A stretch of DNA of 64,000 nucleotides. Source: Octopus bimaculoides (taxonomy: Eukaryota). Positions 24,590 through 36,581 of this stretch are shown piece after piece; position 1 is the stretch's first letter, and each line of letters starts with the position of its first letter. Under the pieces are notes generated by a model. That model was not told where the DNA came from and ran no database searches. It saw nothing but the letters and a program-made list of their open reading frames with translations. The position numbers were made by a program, and so were the translations under genes. The DNA lies in assembly GCF_001194135.2 (NCBI RefSeq), contig NC_068986.1, positions 91,451,360 through 91,515,359 of the forward strand, in the 5' to 3' direction.

Positions 24590-25790
24590 TATAAGCAAAG
24601 GCTCAGGATTAGTTTGTGTGTCTGGCTTGGTGGATCCAGAGGTGGATAACGAGGCCTATCTAGGCCAGAAGTTCTCTCCTACACGTAGAGCACGTATATA
24701 ATGAATTGGCATTGGGCTCATTCCCAGTAGCAGCGGTTGAGTGTGAATCAAACTGCGTCAGTTGGGTATTTTAGAAACACTTCAGACATCCCTTGAACCG
24801 CTCCTTTGCCCTCGCGATAGCGCGCTATTCCTGACAGTGTTCACCATAGAGGAGCTGCTTTGGAATGCGATAGTCTGCTATTCCCAGCCCATCTTAACTC
24901 AGTCATCTGCAAGCGTATGAACTCATTTACGATGCTGGTTTGCTGAAGCATTTCATGGAACTTGTCCTGTACAGGATGCTGCAGAAATTCTTCATGTGGA
25001 AATAGTTGAGACGTTCCGCATATCTCCAATAAACTGCCTCGGACTAAGAGACACGTAAAAGGGTTTTGAGAACAGCTGCGCAATAGTCCTACAGCTTAGT
25101 GGTAAGGATGATTCTCCTATGCTCCCATTCTTAAGCTGTCTGCCGAAAGCAGCGCTGGCTTTGGAGATCTTGCTGTTGATCACTTCACTCATGTTTACTG
25201 CTCTCGAGAGGATATTGCCGAAACAGGTGAACCTGTTACTCACCTATAAGTTTTTGTCCATTCACTGTGACTCAAGGTTCCCGGTACGGAATTTCGGGGC
25301 AGATTGGTGCACGACGTTAGTCTTGTTTGTGCGTATTGTGAGGCAAAACATTATCAAAAGTTGCTGAGAACCGGTCCATTTTCTACTGCATCTCATTAGC
25401 ATTATGAGCAGTCATCGGTGAAGAGAAACTCCTTGAGAACATATTGTTTCTTTTACTTTAGTGACAGTTTGATGACAACGGGTCTTGTACAGCTTGCTAG
25501 TCGGGCGTTACCTGATGCAGATACCCTGGGTGCTGTTGTCAAAAACATCAGTCAGCACTGCCGAAAAAATATAGTAAAAAGCATGGGAGTTGGTGCGAAG
25601 CCCTGTTCGACAATTTGTTGCTGAGATGTCAAATGCTTCTGTCTTCTAGTACGCGGACCATTATGCTGTGATGGAACTCTTAGACCATAGCATTGAACTT
25701 GCTCAGGTAGCCAAACTTCTCCATGATTTTTCATAAGTCGTCCTTGTTGACCACGCGAAAAACTCTCAGGTTGCCAAAGGTGTTATTTTT
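24590..25790 (-). pseudogene. RTE-clade LINE ORF2 relic
   Basis: Fragments KIMEKFG…MV.EFH, QGFAPTPMLF, FGNILS…KISKASAAFGR, LRWAG match RTE reverse-transcriptase and C-terminal motifs. Many stops and frameshifts. Confidence 0.85.
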
Positions 25791-25899
25791 CATTGATATT
25801 TCAGTGATGAGGCACTTTCAGTCTTGTAGTTTACATCATAGTTCTAAGAAAAAAACAAAATAAGATGAAAAAACCGAAACATACAACCCAGCCTGTGAA

Positions 25900-26640
25900 C
25901 CAACGAGAAACTGGAACTTATTGTGTGAAAAGTTCGATGCTAAAAAAGCAAATCGTTCCGGACATATGCAAGGCTAAGGACAAACTCAATGCAATTTTTA
26001 AAAAAATATTTTTATGCAAACTTTATCAAGCTTTCTGGTGATAAAGCAAATGTGCTACTAATTTTAGAAAACGCGTCTGTTCACTCACGTTAGAAATTTG
26101 TCAAAAATGTGGTAAAGTAAGGTACTTGCTCTTTCCAGTGTTACCATCGCGTTCTCACCAATGGATCAAGGTATAATTGTATTTTACAAGGAATTATACC
26201 AACGAAGATTTTTTTGGATAGAGTTCTCGTGGTAATAGAAGAGGACGAAGACAACCGAAAACAAAGAACTCAGGAATATCAAGAACTACTAGCTTAAGTT
26301 TGCAACATTCTGTCTACTCGTTTCATGACAGACACTGAAGAATACTACTCTTGCCAGTTCTTAGGGAAAGAAACTTGTACGATGTAGAAGTTGAATAGGA
26401 TTTTGAAGGATTTGAAACAATGTGTTTCTATAGTATATTTCAGAGGGCAAGTAAACCATGTCACAAAAGGTGACTTTAGAATCAGACTAGAAGACAGAGG
26501 TGGTGACTCTGGACACCAAATGTTAACAGAAGAAGTAACAAACGAACTTCTTGTTCGTAACAGTAGAGATTGAGAGATGGTGAAGACGACGAGCCATTGC
26601 CCGAGAAACTCAGACTGTGTTATACGATGAACCTCATGGT
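25900..26640 (+). pseudogene. Tigger/pogo (DDE_1-type) transposase relic
   Basis: ANVLLILENASVH (~26045-26085) and PMDQGIIVFYKELYQRR (~26158-26210). Confidence 0.75.
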
Positions 26641-26658
26641 AGTGTCATTTTGTATACT

Positions 26659-26870
26659 GGTTTCAAATTTTGGCACAAGGCCAACAATTTCTGGTGGGCG
26701 GATAAGTCGATTACATTAACCCCAGTGCTTAGATTATTCCTATTTTTTCGATCCCGAAATGATGAAAGATAAAGTCAGTCTCGGCAGAATTTGAACTCAG
26801 AACTTAAAGACGAACGAAATGCTGCTAGCATGTTTCCCGGCGTGCTAACGATTCAGCCAGCTCGCCGCCT
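26659..26870 (-). mobile_element. SINE family B
   Basis: Full head, core and tail in reverse orientation. Confidence 0.85.
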
Positions 26871-26935
26871 AACGCCATTTCATATATTGACTCGTGAATA
26901 GAAACTGATTGCTCAGCAATCTTATCAACATCTTA

Positions 26936-27145
26936 AAAGCCGCGAGCTGGCAGAATCGTTAGCTTGTTGGGCAAAATGCTTAGCGGCATTTCCTCCATCT
27001 GCACGTTCTGAGTTCAAATTCCACTGCGGTCGACTTTGCCTTTCGTCCCTTCGAAGTCGATAAAATATATACCAGTTGAACACTGGGATTGATGTATCTG
27101 ACTTAGCCCCTCACCCGGAATTGTTGGCTTTGAGCCAAAAGGAAC
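26936..27145 (+). mobile_element. SINE family B
   Basis: gcgagctggcagaatcgttagc…gagttcaaattcc…gtcgactttgccttt. Confidence 0.85.
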
Positions 27146-27442
27146 TCATTATCCAGAAGCTGCATCACAAAGATAAACAACTGAAATTCGGTTCGTTCTT
27201 CAAGCGAATACATCTAAAGCTGTTAAGCCTGTTGATGCTATTGACGGCTCACCTATTGTTGACTTAGACCCACCACACCCATTTCAGACTTGCCAAGGCA
27301 AGCAAATTGCCATTGCTCTAGGCAAGTTATCACTTTCATTCCTGTCACATCTCCATTAAATAAAGCTGATCTGTAATCTATCACAAGCAAAAGAAATTAA
27401 CAAACTGTGATATCAACGTTTTTAAAGTTTTACTGTAACATT

Positions 27443-27654
27443 GATTTCAAATTTTGGCTCAAAGCCAGCATGTTCGAGGAAGGCGGTAAGTCGATCATCT
27501 CGACCCTAGTCCTCTGGTGCTTATTTTATCGACCCCAAAAGGATGAAAGGCAAAGTCGACCTCGGTAGAATTTGAACTCAGAAAGTAAGGACCGGACGAA
27601 ATGCTACAAAGCATTTTGTCCGGCGTACTAACGATTTTGCCAGCTCGCCGCCTT
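27443..27654 (-). mobile_element. SINE family B
   Basis: Full copy in reverse orientation. Confidence 0.85.
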
Positions 27655-28609
27655 GCTTTATTGCAATATTAAATACTAGTTATACAATACGAACAATATT
27701 TTTTCCATTTTTGTTAGTTTATCATGCTCTGTGTATACATATTTCCAAAACGCATACAATATCAACACCTTCTGCCATTGTTTAACTCGAACAATCGGTT
27801 AAAACGGTCATTCTCCTATCAGTACGGTTTAACGAGGGTTCACTAACACACACAGGTACAGGGAGAGAGAACATACATACACACACATTCTTTCTCTAGC
27901 TCGCGCTCTCAAATACGCGCGCGCGCGCACACACAGTGAGAGTTTCCTTCACATTCAAGAGAAAAACTATTCAGTAAATATTGTCGAGTAAAAATGAACT
28001 TTATAACCCATTTCGTCTACTTTTTACTATATATCTGAGGTACCGAGAGTTTTATAAATAAAAATAAATCCCACTAGATAACAGAATCGACAACCAATAT
28101 TCATTCCCTCTCTCGTTCCTACTTACGTGGCTGAGAAATGCCCCATTACACATAACCTTTGATTAGTGCGATCAACTAATCCTATTCTGTAACCGCATTA
28201 ATCAGAACTGCACTGTTTAAATATAACAATCAAAGGCAAAAAAATAATTGATTCAGGATTGATCATTATTGATTCTCGAAACATCGAAGTTATATTAAAG
28301 CATAAAAATACATCACTCTAACAAAGGTAAATTAAACATGCACATTAAACTATTTTTACTTATCGTTTCTTAACTATTCCTAAATCTTGAAACGTTCTTT
28401 CAAGATCTTTGAATGTTATTAGTTCTTTTGAATCATTTTCGTCTTCACCAGAATCTTTTGATTATTTTTCGTCGGACGATCTCTGCTGTTCTGTTTCCAA
28501 GACTTCGCCATCATCCAGCCTTTCAAATGTGAATCTAATTAGTCTCGAACGTTTATTGCATCAATATCCTCAAAACCTAAGTTTTTTTCCTTTAAACAGT
28601 GTTGTTTTT

Positions 28610-28744
28610 TCATTATTCACCACTGTTCAGTATTCATATTCATTATTCACCACTGTTCAGTATTCATATTCATTATTCACCACTGTTCAGTATTCATATT
28701 CATTATTCACCACTGTTCAGTATTCATATTCATTATTCACCACT
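28610..28744. repeat. Perfect 30-bp tandem repeat, 4.5 copies
   Basis: Unit TCATTATTCACCACTGTTCAGTATTCATAT. Confidence 0.95.
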
Positions 28745-28859
28745 AATTAAAGAGAGGAAGAAACGATGAAATTGAGGAAACAGACAGTAAATATATGCCG
28801 TCACATGAACGATAAAATCTCGCGCAGAGTAAGGTGAAAGATGTTTGTTTGCCTTGCTT

Positions 28860-29270
28860 TAAGACGTGTCGAAAGCACTGTTGGATAAAGAACTTGCGTA
28901 CCTATCTCTTCAACAACACCGTGCTATCTTCGCTCTTATAAGCGAAACATCGGCAACTACAAACATTGACTACGACAAAGAGAACTATGGAAAGATCCAT
29001 TCTTAGAATATCATTGCAGAAGCATATCCGAATCGAGGTAATTCGAGAAAGTGGGTGGAATGAACGACGGGATCACAGAATGCTGAAAGTGCAATTTCCG
29101 GGGACAGAACAAGTCGCAAGATTCGCAGACAACAAGTGGACCCATGTAGTTGTCGTGTGATATCTGAGGAGACCACTGCGGGAGACCTTGAAGACGACAT
29201 AGATAAGAAATTCCGTTTCAAATGAAAAAGGAAGCAATCAATGGTAGAATAGAATTGTGATAAATGATGC
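28860..29270 (+). pseudogene. RTE-type LINE 3' ORF2 fragment
   Basis: TTKRTMERSILRISLQKHIRIEVIR…QVARFADNKWTHVVV matches the RTE C-terminal AMER…IRNE.IR…HVAR..D.RW pattern. Confidence 0.75.
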
Positions 29271-29696
29271 ATAAGGACACCTGCTAGTCTTGTCGATAGG
29301 GCAATAGAGCGACATTATTTCAGAAGTCTTTTATTATTCTCATTAAGAATAAATGTTTTTAAGGCCTTGAAGTTTAATAGCTTTTTTCTTCTTAGTAGAG
29401 CACTCAGAAGAAAAAGCTGTAAGAATCAAGTTGTACTGACGATAATGAGTATACATGTCATATTTCGGAGACTCTTCCTTCCGAACACGTTGGTTATATA
29501 GCTACCCCATACAGCGATGTTAAGTTATTGGGTATATCAATTTACACATTAAACGCATTCTTGAGGCTATTATGTAAATATTAATGACTTGTAGGCACGT
29601 GGTATTCCGTTATGCAACCATAATAAAGTATATTAAATGTTTTTTTATGAGTCATCACCATGTTCTACTGCGTTAGCAGTGTTCTTTACATTATTT

Positions 29697-30764
29697 TACT
29701 CTTTTACTTGTTTCAGTCATTCGACTGCGGCCATACTGGAGCACCGCCTTTAGTCGAGCAAATCGACCCCAGGACTTATTCTTGGGAAGCCTAGTACTTA
29801 TTCTATCGGTCTCTTTTTGCCGAACCGCTAAGTTACGGGGACGTAAACACACCAGCATCGGTTATCAAGCGATGGTGGGGGGACAAACACAGACACACAA
29901 ACACACATACATACATATATATATAACAATTAGAAAATGGAGGATAATATGCTGAACCCAACTACTTGCAGACGGTGTATCCCGTTGAATTCATTAATTT
30001 AATTCATAGCAANNNNNNNNNNNNNNNNNNNNNNNNNNNNNNNNNNNNNNNNNNNNNNNNNNNNNNNNNNNNNNNNNNNNNNNNNNNNNNNNNNNNNNNN
30101 NNNNNNNNNNNNNNNNNNNNNNNNNNNNNNNNNNNNNNNNNNNNNNNNNNNNNNNNNNNNNNNNNNNNNNNNNNNNNNNNNNNNNNNNNNNNNNNNNNNN
30201 NNNNNNNNNNNNNNNNNNNNNNNNNNNNNNNNNNNNNNNNNNNNNNNNNNNNNNNNNNNNNNNNNNNNNNNNNNNNNNNNNNNNNNNNNNNNNNNNNNNN
30301 NNNNNNNNNNNNNNNNNNNNNNNNNNNNNNNNNNNNNNNNNNNNNNNNNNNNNNNNNNNNNNNNNNNNNNNNNNNNNNNNNNNNNNNNNNNNNNNNNNNN
30401 NNNNNNNNNNNNNNNNNNNNNNNNNNNNNNNNNNNNNNNNNNNNNNNNNNNNNNNNNNNNNNNNNNNNNNNNNNNNNNNNNNNNNNNNNNNNNNNNNNNN
30501 NNNNNNNNNNNNNNNNNNNNNNNNNNNNNNNNNNNNNNNNNNNNNNNNNNNNNNNNNNNNNNNNNNNNNNNNNNNNNNNNNNNNNNNNNNNNNNNNNNNN
30601 NNNNNNNNNNNNNNNNNNNNNNNNNNNNNNNNNNNNNNNNNNNNNNNNNNNNNNNNNNNNNNNNNNNNNNNNNNNNNNNNNNNNNNNNNNNNNNNNNNNN
30701 NNNNNNNNNNNNNNNNNNNNNNNNNNNNNNNNNNNNNNNNNNNNNNNNNNNNNNNNNNNNNNNN

Positions 30765-30798
<34 letters not shown>

Positions 30799-30950
30799 GA
30801 CGGGCTTCTTTCAGTTTCCGTCTACCAAATCCACTCACAAGGCTTTGGTCGGCCCGAGGCTATAGTAGAAGACACTCGCCCAAGGTGTCACGCAGTGGGA
30901 CTGAACCCGGTTAGTAAGCAAGCTACTTACCACACAGCCATTCCTGCGCC
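29697..30950 (-). mobile_element. SINE family C split at its internal microsatellite by extra sequence and an N-gap
   Basis: 3' half at 29697-29922, 5' half at 30766-30950. Confidence 0.75.
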
Positions 30951-30956
30951 TGTTAA

Positions 30957-31297
30957 GGTTCTTTCTACAGAAATTATAGCCAACACTGATCTTTTGCTAC
31001 AACGTTTCGTATCGAGACGTCAGATGTAAACATAGCAGCCCCGGGAATGTGTTTAATATGTAAGTTGGTATACCCAACTTAACATCGCTGTATGCGGTGG
31101 CTATATAAGTAATGTGTTCGGAGGCAAGAGTGGGGTAGATGGGTGCTGATGAAGGGACATCCCCCCCCACCACCACCACCACGAAATATGACATACACTC
31201 ATTACCCAGTTTTGACTCTGAACTCATTTTATTTACATCTGATGTCTCGATACGAAATGTTGTATATAATTTGGTTATAATTTCTGTAGAAATAACT
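30957..31297. mobile_element. TTAA-flanked MITE with ~70-bp imperfect TIRs (Kolobok-like purine termini)
   Basis: TTAA at 30953-56 and 31298-301. Arms 'ggttctttctacagaaattatagccaa…tttcgtatcgagacgtcagatgtaaa' and its reverse complement. Confidence 0.65.
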
Positions 31298-32356
31298 TTA
31301 ACAAAATAATTTAAAGAACACGACAGTGATTTAATCGTGGTGTCTGCTCGGCTGTCTAGCGATTTGGTTTCGAATCCGTTACATTTTAAAGTTTACCAAC
31401 AACCCTTTATCAATCATAAATGCTATATACCAACTGAAATCTGTTTCTGATTTAGCTCAAAGATAATTCATGTCAATTATTATGGAATTTCGATTTCGTA
31501 AAATACTGTATGTAAAGCCTTACCTATATTAGAGTAGTGGCCTGATTTGGTTAATATTTCATACTGTTTGTTAACTCGCCAAATCTAAGGGTTTTTCTTA
31601 TTTTGCTTGCTTTACTTTCTCTCTCTCTCTCTCTCTCTCTCCCTCCTCTCTCTCTTCCTCCTCTCTCTCCCTCCCCATCTCTCTCTCCCTCCTCTCTCTA
31701 CGTTTGACTTTGTTAATAATTTTTTTAAAGCTTAACATTTAATTTAATAACTTAACATTATTCTTTGTGCTTTTCATCCCACCCTGCAACTGAACGATCA
31801 TTCTTGTTTTTTTTTTTGGTGGGGGGGATATGATGATGGGACTTGCGGTGGCGGCGACGACGAACACCACTACCACCATCACCACCACCACCCGCCCCGC
31901 ACAGACAACAGAGTTTTTTTATTAAGCAGATTAGTGCATAGAATTTAGAGAAACCAGTCGAAGAAAGGATTGGAACATAACTTTTACTGCAGTTCAGGAA
32001 TGTTTTATGTATCAAATGCCCCAGCTTACATGCACATACCTTTTCCTTATTGCAAGACAGTCTATCCATTGATTCGGAAATTTAAAACATAAAGGTATAC
32101 CTCCATTTTAAAGACAACAGGAAAGTAAGTTTTTGAAGTGAGATTGAACCGGTCGTGTGAGTGATTATTTGGAAGTTCACTCATTGGTTCAGTTGGCAAT
32201 TAAAATTATATAACACTTCAGAGAACATATTAATTAATTAATTAATTAACTCCCACCCCTACTTAATTCTACATAGAAAGTATTTCATGTAACCTTCTTT
32301 CAAAACCCTTAGCACGCAGATTACTCAATGATTTCTGTTCGTATTATTATAGTAGT

Positions 32357-32961
32357 GAAGGCGGCGAGCTGGCAGAAACGTTAGCACGCCGGGCGAAATG
32401 CTTAGCGGTATTTCGTCTGTCTTTATGTTCTGAGTTAAAATTCCACCGAGGTCGACTTTGCCTTTCATCTTTTCGGGGTCGATTAAATAAGTACCAGTTA
32501 TGCATTGGAGTCGATATAATCGACTTAATCTGTTTGTCCCCTCTTGGTGTAGCCCCTTGTGGGCAATAAAGAAATAAGAAACGTTTGGACTCCGGGCGAA
32601 ATGCTTAGCAGTATTTCGTCTGCCACTGCGCTCTGAGTTCAAATTCCGCCGAAGTCGACTTTGCCTTTCATCCTTTCGGGGTCGATAAATTAAGTACCAG
32701 TTACGTACTGGGGTCGATATAATCGACTTAATCCGTTTGTCTGTTCTTGTTTGTCCCCTCTGTGTGTAGCCCCTTGTGGGCAGTAAAGAAATAGGTATTT
32801 CGTCTGTCTTTACGTTCCGAGTTCAAATTCCATCGAGGTCGACTTTGCCTTTCATCCTTTCGAGGTCGATAAATTAAGTACCAGTTGCGTACTGGAGTCA
32901 GTCTAATCGACTGGCCCCCTCCCCAAAATGTTGGGCCTTGTACCTAGAGTAGAAACGATTG
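32357..32961 (+). mobile_element. SINE family B trimer flanked by one TSD
   Basis: Three successive cores. 13-bp TSD ttattatagtagt at 32344-32356 and 32962-32974. Confidence 0.88.
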
Positions 32962-34340
32962 TTATTATAGTAGTAGTTGTTTTTTATTCTTAATTGAGCA
33001 GATATCAATGATCAAGGGCATTCTACTTGTAATCATCCAGTTTCTTCTGGACAGAGTACCCAAGACTAAGGCATCCAAATGCCCCTCTTTTTTTTAAAGA
33101 GAGAGGGGGGGGGGGAGAAAGAGATACATGACAGCATGGTACGATTTCAGAGAAATTTGACTGCTATTTCTTGTAAAATCGAGCAATCATGCAGAAGCCC
33201 TTATTCGGTAGTTTATCGCTCAGTTTTTTTAAGTCCGCGCGGTATTGTTTACCACTACCATACCACTACCGATTCAACTTTGATGTAAGAGATCAATAAT
33301 CAAAAATATTCTATCCATGACATTTCCGTTTGCAGGACTACATTATTTACTGCAGTAGTTCCCAAACGAGCCATCACGAAGGGCGTTCTACGTATACCGT
33401 GATTAAAAAAAATATTATTTAAAACTTCAGAACATCCATATTAATACGTGTCTTTAAAAAACATGCTATTCATCATTCTTTTATATATACAAATACGATT
33501 AATAAAACAAGATAAACAATAGTTTGTTTATTTTTTTATTTATAATCTTTATCTTTATATCAATAATTTTCGTTCAACTTTCCATGTGTAAATCGTTATT
33601 TTTTTCTTTTCTTTTTTATCTCCCGGTGCCGCGGAGTTTTTATTTAATCTCCGTGGCGTCACGAAGTAAAAAAACAGTGAATTTAGGCTTTAGGGGTAGT
33701 TGAACATGGGATGGAACGGTGATTGAGGATCGTGGAGTAGCAGAGGTTCGTGTTAGATATCACAGACGTTGGCAATCAAGACTGGAGGAGATATTGAGTA
33801 GAGCATCCCAATGCAGTAACCGTTAGCCAAACGGAGATATTCAGTACTTTTAAATGACTAAAACATCGATTAGGTCAGATGTACTGTTGGTGATCTTTCA
33901 GTGTTCGGTAGCGAGAGACTGCACTTTTGGTATTTCATTCCAATGTATCATGAAGTCTATTAAAATGATTGAGGAACACTGATTAATATCCTCGCTCTTT
34001 TCTCTTCCGAAACGGGTAAAATTTAAGAGAAATCTTACTGCTGTTTTTACTATTTCTTGCAGGTCGAATGAACTCTACACGGTCGTTCGATCTTCGTGAA
34101 ATGGCTCCAAAACCCTTATGCGCTGTTGTTTAGTCCTATGTTGCCTTTGAAAGAGCAGGCCTTTGACTAAAAAGTGAAAACCTCACTCTGTTCTTTTTTT
34201 CTCAGACTACAATATTTACCATCACTAGCGTAGCTGCAAGGGGACGAAGTAGGGCTCGTCTTCCGTGGAATTTTTGGTGTGGAAGTATTTTTTAAGGTGC
34301 ATATTGTTATTTTTCATGGAAGTGGTGTAGTGGGATAGAG

Positions 34341-34636
34341 AAGGCGGTGAGCTGGCAGAAACGTTAGCCCGCCGGGCGAAATGCTTAGCGGTATTTCGTC
34401 TGCCGTTACGTTCTGAGTTCAAATTCCACCGAGGTCGACTTTGCCTTTCATCCTTTCGGGGGTCGATAAATTAAGTACCAGTTACGCACTGGAGTTGATA
34501 TCATCGAATTATTCCCTTTATTTGTCCTTGTTTGTCCCCTCTATGTTTAGCCCCTTGTGGGCAATAAAAGAAATAAGAAACGTTAGCATGCCGGGCGAAA
34601 TGCTTAGCAGTATTTCGTCTGCCGCTCCGTTCTGAG
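34341..34636 (+). mobile_element. SINE family B multimer, truncated by an N-gap
   Basis: Same unit1-unit2 junction (gggcaataaaagaaataagaaacgtt) as at ~32560-32585. Confidence 0.85.
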
Positions 34637-35518
34637 NNNNNNNNNNNNNNNNNNNNNNNNNNNNNNNNNNNNNNNNNNNNNNNNNNNNNNNNNNNNNNNN
34701 NNNNNNNNNNNNNNNNNNNNNNNNNNNNNNNNNNNNNNNNNNNNNNNNNNNNNNNNNNNNNNNNNNNNNNNNNNNNNNNNNNNNNNNNNNNNNNNNNNNN
34801 NNNNNNNNNNNNNNNNNNNNNNNNNNNNNNNNNNNNNNNNNNNNNNNNNNNNNNNNNNNNNNNNNNNNNNNNNNNNNNNNNNNNNNNNNNNNNNNNNNNN
34901 NNNNNNNNNNNNNNNNNNNNNNNNNNNNNNNNNNNNNNNNNNNNNNNNNNNNNNNNNNNNNNNNNNNNNNNNNNNNNNNNNNNNNNNNNNNNNNNNNNNN
35001 NNNNNNNNNNNNNNNNNNNNNNNNNNNNNNNNNNNNNNNNNNNNNNNNNNNNNNNNNNNNNNNNNNNNNNNNNNNNNNNNNNNNNNNNNNNNNNNNNNNN
35101 NNNNNNNNNNNNNNNNNNNNNNNNNNNNNNNNNNNNNNNNNNNNNNNNNNNNNNNNNNNNNNNNNNNNNNNNNNNNNNNNNNNNNNNNNNNNNNNNNNNN
35201 NNNNNNNNNNNNNNNNNNNNNNNNNNNNNNNNNNNNNNNNNNNNNNNNNNNNNNNNNNNNNNNNNNNNNNNNNNNNNNNNNNNNNNNNNNNNNNNNNNNN
35301 NNNNNNNNNNNNNNNNNNNNNNNNNNNNNNNNNNNNNNNNNNNNNNNNNNNNNNNNNNNNNNNNNNNNNNNNNNNNNNNNNNNNNNNNNNNNNNNNNNNN
35401 NNNNNNNNNNNNNNNNNNNNNNNNNNNNNNNNNNNNNNNNNNNNNNNNNNNNNNNNNNNNNNNNNNNNNNNNNNNNNNNNNNNNNNNNNNNNNNNNNNNN
35501 NNNNNNNNNNNNNNNNNN
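34637..35518. other. Assembly gap. Other gaps: 2359-2368, 6675-6807, 16863-17028, 21983-22063, 22898-23469, 30013-30765, 57286-57375.
   Basis: Runs of N. Confidence 1.
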
Positions 35519-36195
35519 TTTCATAATTCCATTCATTTTAGGATATAAACGGAATTCTAGAAATATGTGTAAATCGATCCACGGTACTTGGCTGGTACTT
35601 TATTTTATCGATCTTGGAACGACGAAATGTAAAACTGACCTCACGGGATTGACGCAAAGAATAATCGCGAGTCATTTTTCTCCGACACTAACGATTCTGC
35701 CTGTCCATCTTGTTGGCTCGGGCTTTCTTTTGCGTGCGTGCGTGCATGCGTGCGTGCGTGTGCTTCTATTTGTTGTTTCTTTCTTTCTTGCTTTTATCTT
35801 TTCTTCATTTCCAGTTGCTATTGTTTTGTTGGTGACTTATCTTTGTTGTGGCATTTTCTTATATTGTTGGTATTTTTATTGTTAACGATCATAATGACGA
35901 CGATGATAATGTTAATTTCATAATTTCTGTCGTTATTTAGTCCGTAAATTAACTTTGCTCGAGCAGACACATGATCAAAGGCGTTCCAACCGTGACACTT
36001 CTCTCTCTCTCTCTCCTATGTGCAGGGAATTCAGGTCCACATTATCCAATGTCGCGCTATTTTTTTTTTAAGTGATGTTGTGATTTGAGGGAAATATTCT
36101 AGCTATTTCTCTAGCAGGTCGAGCAACCATGTAGAATCACCATCGTTGCCTGGTGCTAATACTGTTGGATAATAATGATGGTGTTGGAATGTGTG

Positions 36196-36581
36196 TTGTG
36201 TGTGTTGGCACTCCGTCGCTTACGACGTCGAGCGTTCCAGTTGATCTGATCAACGGAACAGCCTGCTCGTGAAATTAACGTGCAAGTGGTTGAGCACTCC
36301 ACAGACAAGTGTAACCTTAACGTAGTTCTCGGGGATATTCAGCGTGACACAGTGTGACAAGGCTGACCCTTTGAATTACAGGCACAACAGAAACAGGAAG
36401 TAAGAGTGAGAGAAAGTTGTGGTGAAAGAGTACAGCAGGGTTCGCCACCATCCCCTGCCGGAGCCTCGTGGAGCTTTAGGTGTTTTCGCTCAATAAACAC
36501 TCACAACGCCCGGTCTGGGAATGGAAACCGCGATCCTATGACCGCGAGTCCGCTACCCTAACCACTGGGCCATTGCGCCTC
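36196..36581 (-). mobile_element. SINE family A, full length
   Basis: 16-bp TSD ggtgttggaatgtgtg at 36180-36195 and 36582-36597. Confidence 0.93.

Noticed and set aside
28610-28744. CRISPR-like array (also considered for the 27-bp array)
   Set aside because: The units are contiguous with no unique spacers, there are no cas genes, and the context is eukaryotic.
22756-35536. Long ORFs in the ORF track (22756-23616, 29966-30865, 34604-35536 and overlapping frames)
   Set aside because: They are open only because they cross N-gaps.
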